From: Candidatus Omnitrophota bacterium
GTDB lineage: Bacteria; Omnitrophota; Omnitrophia; Omnitrophales; Aquincolibacteriaceae
Reading direction: 5' to 3'
Length of the DNA stretch: 64,000 nucleotides
Assembly (NCBI GenBank): GCA_022709525.1
Contig: JAKLIQ010000001.1
Span: 274,679 to 338,678 of the forward strand
This document shows, in pieces, positions 10,783-18,984 of this stretch. Every line of letters starts with the position of its first letter. Position 1 is the first letter of the stretch. Below the pieces are notes generated by a model. That model had not been told where the DNA came from. It saw only the letters and a list, made by a program, of their open reading frames with translations, and did not search any database. The position numbers were made by a program, and so were the translations under genes.

Positions 10783-11035
10783 TTGGGATAAGATCAAGTT
10801 GGATCCAGAAGAGCAGGAAATTGAGGATGCCGCCGGAACGGTTCCCTATGAACCGGTGAGTAAGGAAGAGTTTCTCAGGATCAAGGAAGCGATAGACCAG
10901 TATAACAAGAGCTCAGTGCTTAATATGCGCGTCAACCCTGACGTTATCATGAGAATCAAAGAAAAGGCAAAAAGGCTAGGTGTTAAATACCAAACTTTTA
11001 TTGCCGCAATTCTTGATCGGGTCGCGCGAAGCTAG
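10763..11035 (+). CDS. BrnA-like antitoxin (ribbon-helix-helix C-terminus)
   Basis: ~90 aa, overlaps the 3' end of the upstream toxin-like ORF by 20 nt. The C-terminus (MRVNPDVIMRIKEKAKRLGVKYQTFIAAILDRVA) is a typical CopG/RHH segment of BrnA-family antitoxins. Confidence 0.5.
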   Translation: MKKKKIDWDKIKLDPEEQEIEDAAGTVPYEPVSKEEFLRIKEAIDQYNKSSVLNMRVNPDVIMRIKEKAKRLGVKYQTFIAAILDRVARS

Positions 11036-11058
11036 GGAATCTGATATAATTCCGTCCT

Positions 11059-12744
11059 ATGGAGCCCGAAAAGAAACCCTCTAACTTTATCCGCGACATC
11101 ATCGATCAGGATATCGCCAACGGCAAGAACGGCGGACGCGTCCACACGCGTTTTCCGCCGGAACCGAACGGCTATCTTCATATCGGACACGCCAAGGCCA
11201 TCTGCATTAGCTTCGGGATCGCGCGCGACTACAAAGGGCTTTGCAACCTCCGTTATGACGACACCAATCCCGTCAAAGAAGACGTCGAATACGTCGATTC
11301 GATCCGCGAAGACGTTCATTGGCTCGGCTTCGATTGGGGGGACCGGGAATATTACGCCTCCGATTATTTCGATCAGCTTCACCAGCACGCCATGACGCTT
11401 ATCAAAAAAGGGAAGGCCTACGTTTGCGATTTGAGTCCGGAGGAACAGCGCCTGCATCGCGGGACGCTCACGGCGCCGGGCAAAGAAAGCCCGAACCGCA
11501 GCCGGTCAGTCGAAGAGAATCTCGATCTTTTTGAGCGCATGCGAAAAGGCGAATTCGCCGAAGGGTCGCGGGTCCTGCGCGCGAAAATCGACATGAATTC
11601 GCCCAATATCAACATGCGCGATCCGACGATGTACCGGATCAAGAAAGCGTCGCATCACCGGACCGGCGACAAATGGTGTATTTATCCGATGTATGATTTC
11701 ACGCACTGCATCTCGGATTCGATCGAAGGGATCACGCACTCGCTTTGCACGCTCGAATTCGAGAACAACCGCCCGCTTTACGACTGGTTCCTGATCGAGC
11801 TCGGGATCCACCGCCCCCAACAAATTGAATTCGCGCGGCTGAATCTAACGCACACGGTCTTAAGCAAGCGCGTCCTTCTGAAACTGGTCCAGCAGAAAAC
11901 CGTCTCCGGATGGGATGATCCGCGGATGCCGACGATCTCCGGGTTTCGCCGCCGGGGCTATACGCCTTCTTCCATAAGGAATTTTTGCGATCAGATCGGT
12001 GTCGCGAAATTCAATAGCACGATCGACATGGTCGTGCTGGAGAATTCGATCCGCGAGGAGCTCAACAAGACTGCGCCGCGCATGATGGCTGTTTTGAAGC
12101 CGCTTAAAGTCGTGATCACGAATTATCCGGAAGGGAAGGCGGAGGACCTTGAGGCCGTCAATAATCCCGAAGACCTTTCCGCAGGTTCGCGTAAGATCCC
12201 TTTCAGCCGCGAGATCTATATCGAAGAAGAAGATTTCCGCGAAGTGCCGCCGCCGAAATATTTCCGATTGGCGCCCGGCCAGGAAGTGCGTCTCCGCTAC
12301 GCTTATTTCATCAAATGCGAAAAAGTGATCAAAGATCACGCGGGTAAGATTAAAGAAATTCATTGCACTTATGACCCCGCAACGCGGGGTGGGAATAATC
12401 CTCCGGACGGTCGCAAGGTCAAAGGGACGATCCATTGGGTTTCGGCCGAACACGCCGTTTCCCCGGAGGTTCGCCTTTACGATCATCTGTTTGCTGCCAA
12501 AGATCCCAATGATTTTCCCGAGGGGAAAGATATTTTTGTGAACCTGAATCCGAACTCATTGGAAATCCTGAAAAGCGCGAAGCTTGAGCCAGCATTAGCT
12601 CAAGTGAAAGCAGGAGAACGCGTCCAATTCGAACGGATGGGTTATTTTATTGCCGACGCTAAGGATTCCCAACCTGGCAAACCGGTTTTCAACCGTATTG
12701 TGACGCTTCGCGACACCTGGGGCAAGATCGAAAAAAAGAGTTAG
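11059..12744 (+). CDS. glnS: Glutaminyl-tRNA synthetase
   Basis: [25 protein letters not shown] (HIGH motif) and a GlnRS-type catalytic core with the C-terminal anticodon-binding beta-barrel region; 561 aa. Confidence 0.9.
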   Translation: MEPEKKPSNFIRDIIDQDIANGKNGGRVHTRFPPEPNGYLHIGHAKAICISFGIARDYKGLCNLRYDDTNPVKEDVEYVDSIREDVHWLGFDWGDREYYASDYFDQLHQHAMTLIKKGKAYVCDLSPEEQRLHRGTLTAPGKESPNRSRSVEENLDLFERMRKGEFAEGSRVLRAKIDMNSPNINMRDPTMYRIKKASHHRTGDKWCIYPMYDFTHCISDSIEGITHSLCTLEFENNRPLYDWFLIELGIHRPQQIEFARLNLTHTVLSKRVLLKLVQQKTVSGWDDPRMPTISGFRRRGYTPSSIRNFCDQIGVAKFNSTIDMVVLENSIREELNKTAPRMMAVLKPLKVVITNYPEGKAEDLEAVNNPEDLSAGSRKIPFSREIYIEEEDFREVPPPKYFRLAPGQEVRLRYAYFIKCEKVIKDHAGKIKEIHCTYDPATRGGNNPPDGRKVKGTIHWVSAEHAVSPEVRLYDHLFAAKDPNDFPEGKDIFVNLNPNSLEILKSAKLEPALAQVKAGERVQFERMGYFIADAKDSQPGKPVFNRIVTLRDTWGKIEKKS

Positions 12745-13045
12745 ACTGCCCGAACGCCACTCACAGACGACCTACTTTCCCCATTGAAATCCCGATCCTG
12801 CTTTACCGGGTGGCCAAGGGAGAGTGGAAGATCAAAAAAGTCGTTGATAAAACAACCGCTCTAAGGCGTGTTTACGATCCCATCAAATACAGGCCCAGAG
12901 TTGTCCGGGCGCCTTACCCGGGTCCCATGGGACATTCCAATTTTTACCAATGGTGTAGGCGGGAATTGTAGAGAGACATTTATAATAAAGGCCTGAAAAC
13001 AAGCTTCGCCCCAGGGCTTGGAACGGATAAACTCTATAGCAAGGC

Positions 13046-13076
13046 TTGACAATATCATATTCTGAATGCAGAATAT
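13046..13076 (+). promoter_or_regulatory. Candidate promoter/operator of the abiE pair: TTGACA -35-like hexamer followed by an 8-bp inverted repeat ATATTCTG-aatg-CAGAATAT
   Basis: TTGACA at 13046-13051 and a perfect 8-bp-arm palindrome at 13057-13076, ~20 nt upstream of the AbiEi start. AbiEi antitoxins are known to autorepress via inverted repeats in their promoter. Confidence 0.3.
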
Positions 13077-13094
13077 GTCCTGCGGAGACATAAA

Positions 13095-13928
13095 ATGACA
13101 TTAAAGTATAATGTTGCAAAAACCCTTGGTTCCAAGGCGGCCTTGCTGATTGCCGCACTCTACGAGGAGAAGCTCTCTATCTTCAGGTTAACGGATGTCC
13201 AAAGGATTTTGGCGATCAAAAAGCCGTCTGCCACAAATTTTGTTCGGAAACTCGTCAACAGGGGAATTGCATCAAGACTGAAGCCGGGGCTCTTTATCCT
13301 GGTTCCCTTTGAGTTGGGCAAAGAACGTGAATATTTGGGGGACCCCCTGATCGTCGCTCGTGAGATCGCCTGCGGCAAGGGATATTATTTTTCTCATGGC
13401 AGCGCGATGCAAATCCATCAAATGCTGACACAGCCCCAGTTACTTGTATACGCTTCGGTGCTCAAACCGCGGCGCCCGGTCCGCGTGCTCGGCGCTGAGT
13501 TCCAGTTCATCCACACGCCCAGGAAATACTTTTTTGGCGTCGCCGATCATTGGGCCACCAAAGAGACGCAAGTAAAAGTGAGCGATCTTGAGAAAACGGT
13601 GATCGACGGTCTGAGACAGCCTGAATATTGCGGAGGTTTGACCGAGGTCGCAAAAGGCCTTTGGATGAGGCATCAAGACATGAACCCCGCCCGCCTCATT
13701 GAATACGCAAAAAAAACCGGGGTCGGGGCCGTAGTACGCAGGTTGGGATATTTAATGGAACTTTACAAAATTGGAGCGGCCCAAGATCTGGAAGCACTGC
13801 AAAATACACTCACCGAAACTTATATGCGTTTGGATCCCCGCTTGCTGGCCGAGGGGAAATTCCTGCGTCGCTGGAGATTGCAGCTCAATGTTTCTCCGGA
13901 AGAACTCTTAGCCGTCGTGAGGACCTGA
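13095..13928 (+). CDS. AbiEi-like antitoxin/transcriptional regulator (type IV TA / abortive infection)
   Basis: 277 aa. The N-terminal wHTH-like region and overall layout match COG5340/AbiEi-family proteins. Its stop lies 3 nt before the AbiEii-like gene. Confidence 0.65.
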   Translation: MTLKYNVAKTLGSKAALLIAALYEEKLSIFRLTDVQRILAIKKPSATNFVRKLVNRGIASRLKPGLFILVPFELGKEREYLGDPLIVAREIACGKGYYFSHGSAMQIHQMLTQPQLLVYASVLKPRRPVRVLGAEFQFIHTPRKYFFGVADHWATKETQVKVSDLEKTVIDGLRQPEYCGGLTEVAKGLWMRHQDMNPARLIEYAKKTGVGAVVRRLGYLMELYKIGAAQDLEALQNTLTETYMRLDPRLLAEGKFLRRWRLQLNVSPEELLAVVRT

Positions 13929-13931
13929 CCC

Positions 13932-14765
13932 GTGATTCCTCAACGCAATCTCTCTCTACTCTCCAATGAACTTGCCCGCAAAGGCGGACGCCGTATTCCG
14001 GAATCCGTGCTTGAACGCGATTATTGCCTTTCATGGTTTCTCGTAGGCTTATCTCAATGCAGTCTTCGCGAGATCCTTTTATTCAAAGGCGGGACCGCGA
14101 TCAAGAAATGCCACATCGCTGATTACCGTTTTTCCGAAGATCTCGATTTCACTTTTGCGAATGAAATCCCTTTTGAGAAGGTCCAGGAAGACCTTGAACA
14201 AGTGTTCCCTAAAATCGAACAGCAATCGGGCATTAAATTCAATTTCAGCCGGCTTGACCGGCACGCCCATCAAAACAGCCACACTTTTTTTCTGGGTTAC
14301 GAAGGCCCTTTGCCGGCCATGGCTCCCAAGGAAGTCAAAGTGGACATTACGATCCGTGAACGGGTTGTCTTTTCGCCGCAGGAAAAGCCGGTTCTCGCGG
14401 AATACGCCCAATATGAGGACATCCCGAAGAATTCCAAGGTGCGTGTGTACTCCCTCGATGAAATAGCCTCTGAAAAGGTTGTTGCCCTCTCAGACCGAGC
14501 GCGGAATGAACCGCGCGATCTTTACGACTTGTGGCATCTCACCTCAAATCAGCATGTCGATATTGCAGAGATCTTCGACGCCATCGGTGAAAAGCTGACG
14601 TTCCGCAAAAGAAGTTCGGACACTGTGGGAGAAGAATTTTCCAAAAAAGAGGCGCGGCTCAAAAAGCTTTGGAGCGAGCGGCTTTCGGCCCAGGTTTCCG
14701 TACTCCCGGAATTCGACGAGGTTTACCGGACCGTAAAACGGGAACTCCGGCAAGCCGGATTTTGA
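13932..14765 (+). CDS. AbiEii/AbiGii-family nucleotidyltransferase toxin
   Basis: LFKGGTAIKKCH..YRFSEDLDFTF: the hallmark N-terminal motifs of the DUF1814/AbiEii nucleotidyltransferase family. GTG start. Confidence 0.75.
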   Translation: MIPQRNLSLLSNELARKGGRRIPESVLERDYCLSWFLVGLSQCSLREILLFKGGTAIKKCHIADYRFSEDLDFTFANEIPFEKVQEDLEQVFPKIEQQSGIKFNFSRLDRHAHQNSHTFFLGYEGPLPAMAPKEVKVDITIRERVVFSPQEKPVLAEYAQYEDIPKNSKVRVYSLDEIASEKVVALSDRARNEPRDLYDLWHLTSNQHVDIAEIFDAIGEKLTFRKRSSDTVGEEFSKKEARLKKLWSERLSAQVSVLPEFDEVYRTVKRELRQAGF

Positions 14766-14847
14766 AAGACCCCAGGACATTACTCTCGAGATTCAATTTA
14801 CAGCCTCTCCGCCTATCTGATTTACTGTCCGATGCGCATTCAAACGG

Positions 14848-16563
14848 CTACGGCTGAGCCGGTTCTTTCGGCTTCAGGTCCTGGATAATGCCGAGGACGC
14901 GGGGATCGTGGCGCAGGATGTCGGCCTTGATCTTGAGGACACGGGCGCGCAGATTCAGCATGTCTTCGGGCTTAAACCTTTTTTGATAAGGATCATAGTC
15001 CGTTTTCTCCGGATCCTTCCCCGGAACATAGAAAAAACGCCGTTCAATGCATCGCTGGCTTTGCCCGCGGTCGTACCGCGCCATAAAACCCACGCTGACC
15101 CGGCCCCCGCCGATCTCCCATAGCAGCATATTGCTCGCCCTAGCGGTCTCCCTGTTCATCAGTGCTTCAAAATCCCGTTTTTCTACGAGCCGATTATTCC
15201 CCTCAAAGATCCCTTCGTAGAACCGCTTGTATTCCTCGCTTTTCCAAACACTCTCAGGAACACCCGGAAGAAAGAGAGCGCTCCCATCCCGGTTTTTCCG
15301 GTAAAAGGAGCTGAGCCTTGATGAAAAGATCCGGCAGCATTCCGGGGATAGACCTTCAAGATGCGGCTCGAGTGGATACTCTTCCGTAAATTCCTCAGGA
15401 AAGAACAGATAGATGACGGCCTTTTCATTGCAAGAAGAGTACTTCATCCGCCCGGCCATCTCGCAGAAAAGACGGGAAAGAAAATACCGCATGAACTCCG
15501 TGCCTTTGCTTTCCAGCTCGATCAAAAGATGCTTCCCGGAATCCAGGATGTCCTTGATGTCCAAAGGATATCCCTGCGTGACGGGATATTTTTCGAGTCG
15601 CAGGGTATTTCCCCATTTCGTGAGTTTTTTTGCCAACTCAACGCGCGCTTTCCGGAGAGAATCAAAGCGCCATAGGTATTCCCGCGTCAGATCGATCTCG
15701 TTAAGCGCTATGGCTCCGCGCTTGTCCTCTAAGAGCAGAAGGAGATCCTCCAGCGTGTAGGGTTTCCCGCTTTTTTCAAGAGACGTCATCAGCCGTTCCA
15801 GGATACCCGCTCCCGGGCCGTCCCAATCAAGCTTAAGGTGGTCTTTCAAAAAATCAATACTCCCTTTCCCGTAAAATGGCGAATAACTCGCGGAAAGATC
15901 CGGTTGTTTTAACGAGAAGTAAAAAAAGGCTTGCCCCGTTTCGGAACCTCTTTCCCTTAACACATACGTTACTTCCCGGAGAAGGTCCTTCTGAGTCTCG
16001 GAGGCGAGGATCAGGACCGAATGGCCGTATTTAACGTCAGCTTCCAGCGCCTTTTGTAACGTGGAACGGGCGTAAGCTCCCGGCGGACCCAATACCTGCA
16101 GTGGGAAGGCGGGATCAAAAAGAGAAACTGAGACAGGATCACCCGTGACAAGATCCAGGCCCAGGACATCCCGGCTTTTCTGCCGGTCCATGGCGGCCTT
16201 TGCCGCCCGTATTTTTTTCGATCTCCTTCCAAGGATCCATGTTGAAAGAGCCAAGCTGGCCGCAAAAGAATGGGTCCACACCCAGAGCATAAAGATACTG
16301 CACCCATACAAAAATCCGGACTCCCACATCCCCCAAAATTGCTCTCCAAGGAATGGCATGAAGGAAAACCCACGCCCCCCGTGCATGGCATAGTCGATAA
16401 AATCATACGTCCACAAAATGGCTATGATAAGAAACGGGGAATAGCCGGGGACCGGGCCCAAAAACTTTCGGAGCGGCCAGGCACAGAATCGGCCAAGCCA
16501 GCAAGTCCAACCCAAACAAAGCATGAAGAAAACCTCCCAAAAACCCGGATATTCGTCGTCCAT
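14848..16563 (-). CDS. VirD4/TraD-like type IV coupling protein homologue with apparently degenerate Walker A/B motifs
   Basis: N-terminal hydrophobic helices are followed by a domain with the T4CP spacing pattern. The P-loop position reads VLGPPGAYARST (not GxxGxGK[ST]). It is followed by GHSVLILASETQ (where T4CPs have hhhhDpKGE) and ...FFYFSLKQPDLSASYSPF (where they have hhhhDP....NPL). A later hhhh-PEE stretch (IYLFFPEEF) sits at the Walker B DE position. The ATG at 16561-16563 overlaps the stop of the upstream gene by 1 nt (TGATG); the ORF track's longer start at 16656 is less likely. Confidence 0.45.
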   Translation of the reverse strand: MDDEYPGFWEVFFMLCLGWTCWLGRFCAWPLRKFLGPVPGYSPFLIIAILWTYDFIDYAMHGGRGFSFMPFLGEQFWGMWESGFLYGCSIFMLWVWTHSFAASLALSTWILGRRSKKIRAAKAAMDRQKSRDVLGLDLVTGDPVSVSLFDPAFPLQVLGPPGAYARSTLQKALEADVKYGHSVLILASETQKDLLREVTYVLRERGSETGQAFFYFSLKQPDLSASYSPFYGKGSIDFLKDHLKLDWDGPGAGILERLMTSLEKSGKPYTLEDLLLLLEDKRGAIALNEIDLTREYLWRFDSLRKARVELAKKLTKWGNTLRLEKYPVTQGYPLDIKDILDSGKHLLIELESKGTEFMRYFLSRLFCEMAGRMKYSSCNEKAVIYLFFPEEFTEEYPLEPHLEGLSPECCRIFSSRLSSFYRKNRDGSALFLPGVPESVWKSEEYKRFYEGIFEGNNRLVEKRDFEALMNRETARASNMLLWEIGGGRVSVGFMARYDRGQSQRCIERRFFYVPGKDPEKTDYDPYQKRFKPEDMLNLRARVLKIKADILRHDPRVLGIIQDLKPKEPAQP

Positions 16564-17318
16564 CAAAGCACCTCTTTTAAGGCGAAACTCCCGCGCCAGG
16601 TCCTCAGGACCGCCCGCTCCCCGAATTCCATGAGTTCCTTGTAGAGGACAAAGCACATGCGGTCAGCCCATCTTTCGCCCGCTTCTTTCATGACCTTTCC
16701 CCGGATGGAGGCATCCCCGCAAACATAGAAAATGTAACGTATCTTCGGATCGCGCTCATAGACCTCGAATATCTTCCGGTAGGTGTGTGCCTTCTTGACA
16801 TGCAGCTCCACTTCGATGGCGATCCCTTTGCCGTTCCTTCTAAATACGCCGTCCGGCACTTTCCGCTCTCCCTTCGTCCCAGCCCGTAATACTTTCTCGC
16901 TTTTCCAGTCTTTGCACATCCCGAGCCGCTCAAACAAGAACCTCACATCCGTCACTTTTTTGTCATGATCATAGAATGCGATCTCGATCGAATCCTGGGC
17001 ATCAGGAGCACCAAAGCCGCGAACGCCGACTATGCATCCGGCCTCTCTCAGAGCCTCTATACCCGCCTTACCTAAAAGATAGCTTTCAGGTTCGTCAGCT
17101 AAGGTTTTAACCGCTTTCAAATAGCCGAATTTTTTAAGCTTCCTGATCCGGATCTTGGCATAGCTTCTGGCTCCATCAAAGATGTTCTCGATCACATGAG
17201 GCCTTGTTAAAAACTTCTGTTCCACGATCATCTTCATCAGCCGGATATCCCTTTCCGTCACATCCAGATATTTCCAGTTCTGTTTCTTAGGTTCTCTCTT
17301 ACCAGGTGTAGCCTCCAT
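16563..17318 (-). CDS. Replication-relaxation family protein (plasmid/ICE-type wHTH protein)
   Basis: 251 aa; an N-terminal wHTH-like segment (LDVTERDIRLMKMIVEQKFLTRPHVIENIF...) and overall size match the replication-relaxation family, which is usually found beside coupling proteins on conjugative or mobilisable elements. Confidence 0.5.
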   Translation of the reverse strand: MEATPGKREPKKQNWKYLDVTERDIRLMKMIVEQKFLTRPHVIENIFDGARSYAKIRIRKLKKFGYLKAVKTLADEPESYLLGKAGIEALREAGCIVGVRGFGAPDAQDSIEIAFYDHDKKVTDVRFLFERLGMCKDWKSEKVLRAGTKGERKVPDGVFRRNGKGIAIEVELHVKKAHTYRKIFEVYERDPKIRYIFYVCGDASIRGKVMKEAGERWADRMCFVLYKELMEFGERAVLRTWRGSFALKEVL

Positions 17319-17348
17319 TTAATTATACCTCCGCCGATCAATCGTTTC

Positions 17349-17464
17349 TGTTTGCCCGCCACGATTCGACACCGAAGACCACACTCTCGCTCCCATAAGA
17401 GGAGAGAGTGTGGTCTTCGGTAACTGCTGCCAAAAGCAGTAGGGACGAAACGTGGCGGGCAAAC
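17349..17464. repeat. 116-bp nested inverted repeat (outer arms gtttgcccgccacgattcg/cgaaacgtggcgggcaaac; inner perfect 18-bp stem accgaagaccacactctc/gagagtgtggtcttcggt)
   Basis: Seen directly in the sequence. It lies in the 325-bp gap between the small ORF at 17644 and the replication-relaxation gene. It is a candidate oriT/nic region or a structured RNA. Confidence 0.6.
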
Positions 17465-17643
17465 GAGTTACGATGCTTTCGCCTCCACCTTGGTATATAC
17501 GCCCTGCGGAATACATACCAAAGTAGATCCGAAAGTGCAGGAAATCCCGAAAATCCAGATCATTTTCACCGGAGCTTTCATGGAATTTTTCAGGCCAGAA
17601 TTTGCGAGGGAATAGCCGCGAGTGTAGTGTTGCGGGGTTCATT

Positions 17644-17841
17644 TCAGGCGGTCTCTTTTGCCTTTTCCGGGGCCTGGCGGGCCGGGGCTTTCGGGTTTTT
17701 CAAAAGCCCGCGCTTCTCGGCAAGACGGAGCACGCCTTTGGCTAGAAGCTCGCAGGCTTGATCGAGCCTTTCTTCGTCGGAGAGATGGGCATAAACCCGG
17801 TAGACGGGACTTCTGAAGGTGTTCGGGGAAACCACTTTCAT
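17644..17841 (-). CDS. Small (65 aa) hypothetical protein translationally coupled to the upstream wHTH gene
   Basis: Its ATG overlaps the stop of the 17838-18308 ORF (ATGA). No recognisable motif. Confidence 0.35.
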   Translation of the reverse strand: MKVVSPNTFRSPVYRVYAHLSDEERLDQACELLAKGVLRLAEKRGLLKNPKAPARQAPEKAKETA

Positions 17842-18308
17842 TGCGGCTGCTTGTCCTCTACACCAAGAGCCGTGGGAAGGATCTGCTTGGCGCTTTCGGA
17901 AAGATAGAGAAGCTTGGGATTGCCGCGCTCAAGAAAACCAAATTCGATCAAAAGACGGATGCGCTGGAAACCGGCTTTGGCTTTCTTGGAACGGTTGTCC
18001 CAAAAACACCGGGAAAGATCCGCAGAGGTTTTCGCGCCCTCGACCTGCAAAAGCTGGAAGATCAAAAGATCGCGGGCTGTCAGTTGCACGGACCGGACTT
18101 TGGGGAACCTGCCGGGGATCCTATGGCTTTGGGATGTTGTTGGATTTTTTAAGCTTGCGGTTGCCTGTTGTAATGCCACTGCTTCAGTTGGTTCTTTGTG
18201 CATGGTGCATTCCGTTCCTTTCGGACCCTGGTAATCAAGCCTCCGGTGATGTGATGCCCCCTCATGGGACATGGAGTTAAGAGCTTGCCGTTCAACATTT
18301 ACGAACAT
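17838..18308 (-). CDS. Hypothetical wHTH-type DNA-binding protein
   Basis: The C-terminal half (LTARDLLIFQLLQVEGAKTSADLSRCFWDNRSKKAKAGFQRIRLLIEFGFLERG) looks like a winged helix. The true start is probably internal: M at 18272, or M at 18203 which is preceded by a GGAACGG RBS-like sequence. Confidence 0.4.
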   Translation of the reverse strand: MFVNVERQALNSMSHEGASHHRRLDYQGPKGTECTMHKEPTEAVALQQATASLKNPTTSQSHRIPGRFPKVRSVQLTARDLLIFQLLQVEGAKTSADLSRCFWDNRSKKAKAGFQRIRLLIEFGFLERGNPKLLYLSESAKQILPTALGVEDKQPQ

Positions 18309-18612
18309 TTCTAAGCTTGAAATAAATTTTCACGAACATCGATCAGATCCATTAAGCCCGCCGGAAAGACTCCGGATTCGCCGGAAACCAAAACATCAAT
18401 TCCCCCCAAACAAGCCTCTCATGGGAGGTCGAGTTACGACATGGACATTCACACCAAACGAACCTTTCTAAGCTAGAAATAAATTTTTCAGCGGTGTCGG
18501 CCGCGGGTGTTTTCGCTCCGTCGGCCTCCTTTCATCCCCTCATGGGAGGTCCGTTTAAGACAGGGGTGTGAACGTTTTGTGAAGGTTTTTAAGCTTGAAA
18601 CAAATTTTATCT
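18301..18612. repeat. Iteron-like direct repeats: three ~30-bp copies of acgaac(a/c)tttctaagct(t/a)gaaa(t/c)aaatttt and two ~20-bp copies of cc(t)ctcatgggaggtc(g/c)(a/t)tt
   Basis: A-type repeats at ~18301-18333, ~18458-18490 and ~18588-18612; B-type at ~18415-18435 and ~18537-18557. They lie in the 560-bp divergent intergenic region between the wHTH gene and the secreted calpain-like gene. Confidence 0.6.
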
Positions 18613-18984
18613 CAAGGTACCGACCACCCGGGTAAGAGCCCTGGAATGGTTAAGCTCATTGAAGGGTTAAAAACTTTGGGGATAAGGAAAAAGAAAACCG
18701 TCTTAAAGTTTTCTCGTCTTTTTTATGTTCGGTCTTCCAGGCGGATCCAGCCATTGCGGTGTGACGAAGAAATATTCGGAGAGGAGTAAGGGCCGAAAGA
18801 GCCCAGTATCGCTAGAACAAAAGATAGAAGAAACTATATTTCACTATAAACGCTAGTTTTTGCTATGAGGTATTTCGGGCAGGACTTCTTCAAAGGGTAT
18901 TTTAAGATGCTATTCTTTAGTCAGGATGAAGGAAGGTACCGTTGGAACAGCAATAAAGCGGAAGGTTACGCCAAACGGGTGAGA

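Noticed and set aside
12745-13094. Direct repeat of the tRNA-Gln 3' end at the left side of the island (att duplication)
   Set aside because: Only a 9-nt chance-level similarity (aatggtgta) was found near 12940, and it is in the wrong orientation. Island boundaries are therefore left as inferred.
18301-18612. Possible CRISPR array
   Set aside because: Only three copies of the ~30-bp repeat, separated by irregular 120-155-bp stretches that themselves contain a second repeat type. There are no cas genes in the window. This is better explained as iteron or operator repeats.
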